From positions 1-64,000 of the forward strand of contig DF237140.1 in assembly GCA_000708835.1 (NCBI GenBank): 64,000 nt of DNA. Direction: 5' to 3'. Below are positions 53,901 to 64,000 of this stretch, piece by piece. This stretch comes from Klebsormidium nitens (taxonomy: Eukaryota > Plantae > Klebsormidiophyceae). Within the stretch, counting starts at the first letter, position 1. Every line of letters starts with the position of its first letter. The notes under the pieces are model-generated. The model did no database searches, was not told the DNA's origin, and was given only the letters and a program-made list of their open reading frames with translations. A program made the translations under genes and the position numbers.

Positions 53901-54940
53901 CTTTCTTCTTCGTTCAATCTGCTCTCGATTGTTTCACGATAAGGACGGTCCTTATCGTTCCCCCTCTTCCCTCTTCGTATGTCTCCTTTTCGTGTGTCTC
54001 CATTTACGTCTTCTCTGATTGCAGTCTTCCTTCCTCCCTTCAGGTGACGCAGAGACCGACGAGTGGGATTTTACGAGTTTGAGGCGCTGACCTACGTTAT
54101 CCGCCTTTTCTCTTGCTTCCTTGACTCTTCTTTGGTAGTCCCGTTCATCTCAAACCCAGTTCGTGACCCTAGCCAAACTTCTCCACTCCAGGTAACGCAG
54201 CAGACCGACGAGTGGGACCTCAGCGGGTGTCCCCCCCAGGCGCTGGCTTACTTTATGGCGTCCCGTTTGGCGTTCAGTACGGTGGAGGCGGGGAAGGACA
54301 CGGGGAGCGCCGCCAGCAAGCTGCTGAAGAAAGTGCAACCGGAAGACGACTCACAAATCTACGTCGACCCGACGGACCCGCGGCGGGTGCGTGCTTCGCC
54401 TTGTATGGCGTTATTCCCGGCCCTTGTATGTGTGTTTCAAGCCATAAATCTTGCTGATTTTGGTCGCGTGTTTTGCGACCCATTGATGCCTGATGAAGGT
54501 CACCGTCTCTTGATCCGTTTGGCGTCTTTTGCGGACCTTGTATGTCTGTTGAAGTTCACTGCCGTTTGATCCGCTCACTTCTTATGACGGGAAGGAAGAT
54601 TGCGCTTCCTCCTTGCTTCTGAGGTTTTACGATTTCGACGAGGATACCGGAGAGCATGCTCATTGCAGCATGATGACCTAGTCTTTGATTATGCTTTGCC
54701 AGTCAGCCCATTTGGCGTAAACCAGTCAGCCCATTTGGCGTAAACAGAAGGAAAAGTTACGTCACACAACAGGAGAGAGCTAGAGTCGTGTGCGTAGTTC
54801 TTTGAAGCAAAATACGGATACCCTCATTTGTGCAGTTTTTCCAACAAGACGACTCCGAGAGGCGGGATTTGTACCAGGGAGCTTTGGTCGTGGCTCTGAT
54901 CTACCTAGGCGTCCAGTTCCTTAAAACCTTCGTGATATAA
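47917..54940 (+). CDS. Plastid-targeted DUF2358 (NTF2-like) protein with C-terminal TM helix, 7 exons
   Basis: Exons 47917-48166, 50133-50293, 50764-50859, 52180-52260, 53198-53350, 54192-54386, 54836-54940. Peptides FAELCNDFECNSSPQVRNTARQLVKDILE, VQYKDPLRSFKGRSKY, QEMKMLSTSSLVIKW, FELNQISGQV..DEWDLS, VDPTDPRRFFQQ resemble the recalled Arabidopsis At1g65230 family. Confidence 0.8.
48837..49234. mobile_element. hAT-type MITE (398 bp) in intron 1 of the DUF2358 gene
   Basis: TIRs CAGGGTTTCCCAT (48837) and ATGGGAATCCCTG (to 49234) match 12/13; perfect 8-bp TSD ATCTGAAT at 48829-48836 and 49235-49242; internal repeated ACCGG/GCCGG subterminal motifs; no transposase ORF. Confidence 0.9.
52853..52898. 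repeat. Perfect 23-bp direct tandem duplication (intronic)
   Basis: TCTTCATAGTAATCATTTACAAC x2. Confidence 0.9.
54699..54744. repeat. Perfect 23-bp direct tandem duplication (intronic)
   Basis: CCAGTCAGCCCATTTGGCGTAAA x2. Confidence 0.9.
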
Positions 54941-56865
54941 GACGGGTCCTTATGTTTTTTGTTCGTACTGACGAGAGTTGAGTAGGTTTTGAGTCAAGAC
55001 ACTAGCTCGTAGTTTGATTTATCCATTAGCAGGAGAGCCGTTAGCTTGACCAGGTCGTCGGGCTCACCTTTTTCTGAAGTCTGTGACGAGCTCCACTCGA
55101 AACGTGTTGGTAATCTCGTCGTGGCTTAGAAGCGAAAGGGTCTAGTTTGGTGTGCAATTTCGGTTTCACAAGTTGGTTGTAGACCGTGTTGATAGAACGC
55201 AGGGTCGATCGTGTTCCTCGGTTTCAAATTGAAACTGCGTTTGTCCAAATTCTTTCCATATGGTGCCAGATTGAAACGAACTTGAAGAGGGTCCCGATCA
55301 GGCTGTTGTCCACCTTTCACTTGCGTTATGCTGATTTGCCAGCGCGGCCTGCCGCACTGAGTGCATGATTCATCAGGCCCTGCGCCGTAATACGGGCGCG
55401 GTTGAATGCACAATCATCTAGCGTAATCTGTACCCTGGGCGGACGCCGGCCAGCTAAATGTATGCGTATATGCGGTCAAGCGTCAATTCTGGTCGGAACC
55501 GGTGCACTGGAAGAACGGATTCGAGGACAGAGAACATGGATTCACCGAGTTGATCTGAGAGACCCGGCGTTCTGACTAAACGTGACCCTCTAGGATTGAC
55601 GGTCTATACAGTGTTGATCTCGAATAAATCTTTCAAGTTTGACTGTCGCTCCGAAAGGGGTTCAATTAATGGAGTCGAGGGGGGTACCTAGGAGCTCGCC
55701 GGGAGTATATGGTCCATGTTCTCCATGGGCTCCCGTCCCTTAGGCTGACAGCCGACTGCGTTTCGCGTGGTGCGGCGTCGGAGTGACTCTGACGGTGGCC
55801 GACGTTGCAAGCTCTCATGGTCTTAACGCGGAATGCATGCAATGGAGGGATTGCAGATACACCTCAGGCCAGGCGGGGGCCAGACCTTAAATCGGCCGCG
55901 CGGCCGGGCTTGTGTATAGGCATAACGTACGTGTGATCCCAGGAAATCCTGACGTTGACATAACCCAGAGGTTAAGACAGAACTGTTCAATATATGCGTG
56001 CTAGTTGCGGAGTCAGGGTAACTCGAGCCATATGTAACTAACCGCATATAAGCGGCTCGACTTTTATAATGCCGGCCCGGCGCTATCCGGCCATGCTGTA
56101 CCGGGCCGAGCTTCAAATTGATGTTATCAGAATTCATGTAACAGAAAGCATGCCCAACATGTTGATATGCAATACATTTAGTGTGAAATAGTGTCACAGA
56201 TCACAGTAAACACGTTGTGTCAGAAACACCTGAGGCATGCACGCAGTAAATCATGTATCCATGAAGACAAAAAGTGCCAAGATTTACGATGGCCATGGTG
56301 CATCGTCAGCGCTGATATATAACCAGGCCATTGTTCAGTGCATGCATGGCATATGTTAGTGAGGCCCATATATGATGCGATTGTCGGCCAAGTATGCATG
56401 CACCTGCCATGCATATAAACTGTTCAAATAGCAACAAATTTGAGACCATGACGCACGTGAAAGTCTGCGGGCTAAATTGGACCAACCGGACTCATTGGAT
56501 GTATTGGTTAGCGTCGATCTTGGTTCGCATCAATCAAAAGGATTTGATATTTTATATTTGACCTACACCTGAAGTATATGTATCAGTGGATGACTTGAAA
56601 CCAGTTGTATCAATAAAGTGAGCGACTTTCATAAATGTGTGGCTTATATTAACATGGGCAATGTCTAGGGGGTTAACATACCTGACCGTACCAAAAGCAG
56701 TCGCAGAGCCTATCAGGCAAACACATGCCTACATATGCAAAGTCCAGCAATTAAAGTCTTTTCATGTATGGACCTTTCACCTCATCTCGCCTCAGCTGCG
56801 ATAAGCGCAGGCCCCTCAAGTTTGACTCAAACGTTCCTACGAAAGAGCTAGGGCAATCTAATCGA

Positions 56866-59800
56866 TTAAATTCTTGCTTGTTCAGCTTGTCTACGTGACC
56901 AAAATATTGGTACAAACGCTACAAGCGCAATCAAACACAGGCTCCGGGCTAGCAAAGACTGAAACAAAGACGTAACAAGTCCGACAACGACGAAGACTAG
57001 GAGTGACGCGTACACTACCCCTTTGGTCGTCCTACTCGACAGTTTGTGCGGCTCTATCCACTGAGAGAGCCGCACTTTCAGGCTGACAATGCACACAAGT
57101 GACGTCAGTATTATTACAAGCAGCCCCACCGAGAAGATCTCGAAGCACTGCCACGGCGTCAGAACAAGGTCCCCGAACCCGACGCTACCGCCTTCCGCTG
57201 ACAGGTACACGGTTACGCAGGCGAGGCAAAAGTAAAACTCCACAAACGGGACGAACAGTACTACCGACGAGAGCATCATCGCGCCCCGTCCGCTGCGCAC
57301 GTGGCTGCTCGCGATCCGCGGATGCTTGAGTGCCAGCCACGTGGCCGAGATCGAGCGCGGCACGAAGAAGAAGAACGTCGCGAAGTCGAGCGCCGACACG
57401 AGGAACAGCAGCGGGAATAGGATGCCGTAAACCAGCGGCCGTTGATCGGACACCACCACGCGCTGCGGGCCGATCACGAACATGCTCGCGACAATGGGGA
57501 TGATCGCGAGGGGGAGGTTCAGATACAGTCCCCCTAGAGCGACCACGATGTTCGTTTTGACGGTCCCGCGCAAAATGCGGGCTACTGCACGTTCCAGGGC
57601 TTTGGGCGAAACGGGGGGGGATCTCGTTCCCGGGGGGTGTGCCTGCGGTGATGTGCTCAGTTTCGAGGCGCTCAGCTCCGCGGTTTCGAGGTCGGTGGTC
57701 AGAATCCGGGGCGTTCTGGGTGTGTGCAAAGCTGGGCGGGGGTTACTGCTCCGTTCCGACGGGGTTAGCATAACGGACTCCAAGTCGGTTGTGAAGACTC
57801 GGGGCGTTTTCGGTGTCCTGGGAGTGGGATGTGCGTTGGTCCCCTGCCGTGACGGCGCGAAGTGCGAGGGGGCATCGACGACCAACCACAGCACGGCATA
57901 TGTCCCATCCGGAGAGGACCCCCGCCGCACGACGGCATAAGCTATGAGCCCCAGGGAAACGACGAAGAGAAGCAGGCCCGTAACCCCTAGGTAGACGGAG
58001 GGTTCGGTGACGGTTCCCTCATCGGATGCCTCGGCCAGTGTAAATGCGGTCAGAGTAGTAATTACCGACGCCGCCAGGCTGGCGGTGGCACACAAGACTG
58101 ACGTGAGAGACACTGATGGAGTCTCCTGCTTCGGGTCGACGCCGATCGCGAGGTTCCACTCGAGGGAGGGGGTGCTTCTGCCAGGCGTTTCGGCCCCCCC
58201 CGGCGTGGACGCACCCGACATGCCTTGCTCGAGATGGGGGAGGGCTTTGAAAAGGATGGAGCGGATGGGAAGTCGGTTTGGGGGGCCTGGGTTAGCGCTA
58301 GGGTTTGGGCTCGAAGGGGGCAAATTAGGCTTAACGCCAAGATTAGAGGGCAGGTTAGATGGCATCGGAGAAGCCAACCGTAAATCCTTGGGGGATGGCG
58401 TCGCACTGCGGAACGAACGGCGGGAATGCCTTCTCCGCCGATACCTACAGGCGGAAAGAAGAGACTCTGGCCTTCAGTTCGGAAGAGAGTCAGACACAGT
58501 TGACGTTAAGGCAAAACGCCCCTGAGAGTCGCGAAACGGATAACTTGATTCCCCGAGAGTCTGATGCGGTGCTCAGGGGGACCATACTAATCCGCGGCAT
58601 GCGGTGCATGCCGCGGTCACGGCATGCACACAGAGTCTGTTCTAAAACGACAACAAAGATGATGATGCTTCGCATCGTTCGATGACACAGGTTTTGACCT
58701 TAGTGAAAGAGGAAGGCAGAAACCAGTGCGGCCCAGTGATTGTAAACGTGTGCAACATCCTTCTGTGAATTCCAAATTTACAAAGTTCATTCTGGTCCTG
58801 GATCACTGTGACAGATTAAGGCAGGAGGATATGGGAAGAAGTCTCGTAATCTATATTTACTAGAGGAATTGACCCGGAATTCCTCTAGTTCCGGGACCAA
58901 GACACGGAAAGTAGGAGCCGGGCCGTGTGAAGACAGTGGTCGACTTCAGATTGATGTGGTCACGTGCACGTGACCTTGCCAGTCGGCGCGCCGTATATCT
59001 CAGAGTCTGTCATGTTTCAGGCCCCGCTGCTCGTGAATAGAACTCAAAGAAGAAGTGGATGACGTTGTACTTTCGTTGGCAGCTAGGTGGGGGTCGCAGC
59101 ATATCATTTTTCTACATACTGTCCGTGTCTTTACAAGCGGGCAATCAGAGTAGCACAACTTTCAAGCAGCGAAGAAGCTTTGGGATGTCCAACGCCAGTA
59201 TACCAAGTACTTCAAGGAACGTTGCTTGGGATGCCCCAAAGCCTTTTCAGATCACCAAAGTACAGCAAACTGTCCAATCCACAACAAATCGAGAAAGAGC
59301 ATTGCTAAACCCTGTGGATCTCTCTCTTCAGCAGACTATCAGGATTAAGATGTGTCCTTGCTGTTTAGAAGCTATTTGTTTCTTCGATTTGACTTCATGC
59401 AATCGCTTGTCCATAAATAGTGTGCAGAAAGAAGAGCAGCACGGACTTTACCTATGGCTGTTAGCTTGATGATGCTCCAACCGCTGCTGGTGCAACCGGA
59501 GTGCGGCGGTGAACACTAGGCCTGAGCTCATGATGGCAGACGTGGCCGCCCCCACAAACAGCCAGGGCACAAATGCGCCTCTTCTGTACACCGAGGAGAG
59601 GATTGCTGCAGGATATGACGGAAATCAGTAAGCGGGAGACGTTGTGACTGGAGTCGTGGACAGACTTGTCTTACCAGGAGTTGCAGAAAGTGGGGCAGAC
59701 ATGCGCCAGAAAGCTTTGGACGCTGCAACAGCAAGCTTCTTGAGGAAGGTGCAGAAGACAAATGTTCTGCACACTAACGTTGCAGGCGGGATTATTTTAG

Positions 59801-60657
59801 CTGGGCCAGCACAAAAGCTGGCACTTGGCTTGGTGGATAATTAGAAGGGCTGCCTCTGACCATACAGATGCCTGCAAGCCACCCAAGATTGCAATGTGTA
59901 AAGAAGGTCTGAACAGAATCTTCTCTAAGAGATACTTTTACTGCTTTGGAGTCACTTCTTAAGCTCCTCGTTTGGGAGTCTGTGGCCTGCAATTGTTGAA
60001 GTCCTCGACAAAAATCCGCATACGGGGCAAACAAAGAATAACATGGATGAGAAACAGGCCCCTCCTCTAACTTCCAATCACCACTAAAGAACCTAGCGCA
60101 CCAGTTGTCAGTATTCCAGACTGCAAACACAGAAAGAACACCCTCCTAAAAGAAGAGCAGCTATGCTGCACCTGAGGAACATGGTTCTTTTTTACCACCT
60201 ATCATACAGATTACAATGGCAATCAATCTTTGAAATCTTAAGGCTCAAAGCACACTTTGTTTCAGCCGATGTTCTCCTTCAGTGAACCAAAGACACAATT
60301 CACTACACAATCAGCTCATTCACTTAAGGCTCTGAATATGCGCTTAGTATTGTGTAGCAAAGATTCCGCTGGGAGCTTGCAATTGCAACTCAACTTACCC
60401 GCAAACATAAACATGGCGTACAAGAACGAGACCAAGACAGCAGCCAACAGCCAGCCTCCCTGCTGAAAACCTGCTAGGCTCTGAGGAGACACCATTGCGG
60501 CACCGCCAGAAGGGCCTTCATCTCCTGTGACCACCAGTCCGGGGGGCTTTTTATCACGAGACCACCTCGTGCCCGGCCCTTCAAAATCTATAGCTACTGA
60601 GCGATCCCCAGAGAGCAGCGGCTCTTGGAGAGGGGCCTCTGTTTCGATCTCAGCCAT
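56866..60657 (-). CDS. Unknown multi-pass membrane protein, about 692 aa, 5 exons
   Basis: Proposed exons 60657-60399, 60120-60082, 59722-59675, 59605-59452, 58444-56866 (2079 nt, open). They extend the 503-aa ORF upstream via the acceptor at 58445. About 10 hydrophobic stretches; two Pro/Ser/Thr-rich loops. The small middle exons are tentative. Confidence 0.68.
58859..58889. repeat. 12-bp perfect stem-loop
   Basis: ACTAGAGGAATT-GACCCGG-AATTCCTCTAGT, inside the long intron of the membrane-protein gene. Confidence 0.8.
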
Positions 60658-61729
60658 TTTTGCAATCAATCCTCTTTGCTCAAAATTCTCGTCAACCCTC
60701 TAATCGACCTAAACTAACCGGACTTACTTGCACGCCTTCCCCAACATCAACCTGCAAGGGAGCCTAAAACATGCATACATTGTGGACAAGAGCTCTGAAA
60801 ACTACCACCTGCAACCACCGGGCAACCTCCTCCATGGTAGTTATGGAAGCCCCATAGCGAGCTGCGCGGAGCTCAATACTTGAGCTAGTTGTGAACCGTG
60901 TTGCAACTTTGGAATGTGAAGCGTTTGAAAGGAGGCGCATAGTTCACTGCAACGAATTGCACGCTCCCTGACTCCAATTGCCTCCTCTGTGTAGCGCGCC
61001 ATCTGAGGTTTGCTACATTGCCCTGCATACCGTACCTTCCGAAGTTCGGCTGGAACCCTAAATTCCAAACGGACTCACCCAGGTCCGCAGTTAGGGTTAA
61101 GTTCAGACCGTGACCATTCACAGAAACTGCCCGAGAGAAAAGGGTGACCGGTCACGGCAGTCCGGTCAGTTGCGCCACTCCGTTCCCAGGTTGGCACTTA
61201 CTCTGACCCACTTGAACTGGGCCCAGCTTGGTGGAAGGCCTGATTACCCCGGGTCGTGATTGTTACCGCCAAGTTCAGCCACGGTTAAGCTAACCGCTAC
61301 CGTCTAATGAAACAGCTAGGTAGGTAGGTCCGCAACGTGCGAAGCAAGCAAACGGAAACGGAAACATGCATTTGCCGCTCTGGACACTAAGAAGTAGCCG
61401 GGGGATAGTGCCGGGGCTCTGGAGTCCGCGCACGCAGCTCACCGACGGCACGGGGTATCAACTACCGGCTGTTTCGTCTGTTGAATTCCAAGAGAAAGCT
61501 GCAACAATAATAGGAGAAGCAGATTCTTGCGCTACGAAGGCGCTTCCCCAAATTTCAGGAGCTTTGAAGTTTGCAGTCCCATTCTCAAATGAAATGGTGT
61601 GGCATTGGACGGTAGAAAGGTAGCATGCAAGACTTTGTCGGGAGGGCGTTTCTGGCAGGCAATTCCAGTCGTGTTTCGTGCTCAATTTGAAGCATTTGAA
61701 GCGGACTACAAGACATCCGAGGCAGCAAA

Positions 61730-63621
61730 ATGGAGGATCACAGTGCCCTGGTCTCAAAATTGGGGGCCATTGACCTCGCAGGGCCGCATCCAGGAGAGCG
61801 CAGCACCGACAAAGCGCCGGGTACGCCGCCCACTGCTCTCCGGGGCGTAAATGGAGCACGGCCTTTAGGTGTGAATGAGGCGCACAAGAGCTCCACGCCA
61901 AAGAGAGGACTGAGGGCTCCCCGGGGAGGCCTCAATCTGCAAGTGCCAGCGAGGGGGGATACACTAGGTTCTGGCTTGTATGGGGGTGGTGAGCAGGGTT
62001 GCGGAGAGGGGGGGAACATCAGTGAAGAAAGGGCAATGTTCTCTGGCAATGGCCTCGAACACCCCACTGAGACGGTGGGGACTCTCAAGCGTGCACCTAT
62101 CGGCAACCTCCAACTGCCTGCAACTGGAACTTCAGCTGCAGGGGGGAGCGCTGCCCTCAGTCAGCGGCCCCCTGTGACGAATGGCCGGGCCGGGACGTCC
62201 CTGTCTGCAAGAAAGAAACCCCCTGGGAAACTGAATATCACAGGGGGGCTTGGCAACCTCAACGGTGACATGCAGCAGCCACAGCAAAAGAAGGAGTTTT
62301 CCCTGTGAGTTGCTTAGAGAGTGTCTCTCGCTTTCGGGTGATGAATGGTGGATAATTTTGAAAAGACACACGGTTGCATGGTTGAATGAAGAATGCAGCC
62401 GTCTTTCCGCGGGTGGATCAGGGGTGGTGTAAGGGTTGGAATTGCTAGGATTGTTCCTGTCTGGGGTTGCCTGTGCGCCTAAGCTGAAATAGGCTTTCCT
62501 CAAAAATTGCGGTTTGTACTAGCGACAGAAGTGTACTGGTTTGATCACAGAGTCATCAGACCCCATGGACAAACCGGCACGGCTTGCCATGCAATTCCCA
62601 ACTCTCTCGTCATACCTGCTGCATTGCGCCCCCACTTCTTGCAACAAAACTTCCACCTCTTGCAAGGACACTGTTTTGCTTTCTGTGCTGGTGTTTCCCC
62701 TACTGGGAATGCAAACCATATCTTTGCAAGGGAAGTTGCTGAAGAGTCCTGCATTGTGCTGCCCCAGGAGCGAAAGTGGAACTTTCAAGGAAGGTGATCT
62801 GACAATCAGCAAGACGGGGCTCACAATTCAGAGGGACAGCGGCCCTCTCGGTGCGGCCGGGCGGCCAGGTGGTGCTTTCGCTGCTCCTGAGAGGTGAGGG
62901 GGAAGAGCAGTAGAAATCATCTGTGCAGGGTCACATCTCTGATGTTTTTCAATTGTGCATCTTTGACAGTGGTACAGAAGCAGAACACTCAGTCAAGAGC
63001 TTGAGAGCACCTGAATGTTAATATGCCAAGGTTGTCTGGTGATCTGAAGCATAAGCGAGGCTTGTCTGGTTGCAGTACCGTACCGCCAAGGGAATCCACC
63101 ACCTTTTTGTGTGAATAATTAGTTATGAACGTTGTCAGACTTCACCTTGCGATTCGCATATTTACTTTACATTTCGCACACATCGGAGTCTTGATTTTTT
63201 GCCAGGCAAATCAGCAGAAAAGGGCCATTCTTTATTATTTTCCTTATTTCGCTTTTTCACCTCAGGTCCCAATTTAGTTTCCAAATTTTCACACCGACCC
63301 CAAAATAGTTATTTTTTGGTGAATTCCCTTGGCGATACTGTATTCTTGAAGATGAATATGAAGAAGGCTGGCTGTACAGGTTGCCCTTGAATCATCCATC
63401 CCGGTTTGGAAAAGCACCACCTTTTTGCTTGTGGTGGCGTAGAGCCCCATCATTGACTTGCTGCATTTAAGAGAAGTGCACTTTCAGGCCCTACACTTGG
63501 AAAAAAGGAAGGGGATCTGAAGAGACCACAAATGCACGATAACAGCCGCATATTTCTTTGCAGGCCTTACTCATTGCCCCCACCTCCGGAAGACGCGGAA
63601 GCTCCGATGGTGTCAAACAGG
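61730..63621 (+). CDS. MAP kinase kinase (group A / MKK6-like), N-terminal part; gene runs off the window
   Basis: Exons 61730-62304, 62768-62893, 63564-63621. A D-site-like RKKPPGKLNI is followed by LSESGTFKEGDLTISKTGL, matching the SGTFxDGDLxxNxxGL motif of plant group A MAPKKs. The kinase domain is not in the window. Confidence 0.72.
63078..63340. mobile_element. Tc1/mariner-type MITE (263 bp) in a MAPKK intron
   Basis: Left end CCGTACCGCCAAGGGAATCC and reverse complement of right end CAGTATCGCCAAGGGAATTC match 17/20; flanked by TA at 63076-63077 and 63341-63342; AT-rich noncoding interior. Confidence 0.8.
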
Positions 63622-64000
63622 GTGAGGCTGCTTATGAAAGTGATCTTCCAAGCCTTTTTCTAAGAATGTGCCGGCCAGTTGCTGGTCAATTCAGCATTTG
63701 AGAAAGCTCTGCGTTAGCTCTTCTACAACCGGGGTCCAAGCTTTAGGGTATCCAGAAAGGCTGCTTGTTTCCTGACAAGTGCATGAGGAGACTACTTGCG
63801 GCACAGAAGATGTACTTTAGTCTGCTTGGCACCGGGGTTTACATGGTAGTTCTATCTTTAGTTTGATGCTTGCTCTCAAGAGGTAGTGTTACTAAGAAGG
63901 TGGAAGAGGGCGAGAATGATTTGAACCAAGCCTCTCCATTGAAATCTTCGTCCCTCTGGCAAGCAGCAAACTTGGAGCAACGCAATTGCACTATTGCACG

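Noticed and set aside
57099-58525. Plus-strand ORFs overlapping the membrane-protein exon
   Set aside because: Antisense shadows with no recognisable domain.

Overview
Eukaryotic, intron-rich (GT-AG) nuclear DNA from a green photosynthetic organism. Gene content (ARABIDILLO, PsbP, plastid rhodanese, plant-type MAPKK) and style suggest a streptophyte alga such as Klebsormidium; this is inference. I hand-spliced about 10 genes: ARABIDILLO (+), an RNI-like LRR gene (-), PsbP (+), STR11-like rhodanese (-), a conserved hypothetical (+), a secreted six-hairpin glycosidase-like protein (+), glycine cleavage T protein (+), a DUF2358-like plastid protein (+), an unknown multi-pass membrane protein (-), and the 5' part of a MAPKK (+). 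Two non-autonomous DNA transposons show TIR plus TSD (hAT-type and Tc1/mariner-type). The most striking unexplained pattern is pervasive splice-site echoes. In 5 genes, introns carry diverged tandem copies of the neighbouring exon edge and its splice site: acceptor copies lie upstream of the exon and donor copies downstream. Acceptor copies are mostly spaced about 125-167 bp apart. The extreme case is an array of 8 decoy acceptors in the glycosidase gene. There is also a 39-bp-stem intronic hairpin beside a 5' splice site, and two intron-containing genes are horizontal-transfer candidates. All exon coordinates and family assignments come from manual reading and recalled motifs, not from database searches.
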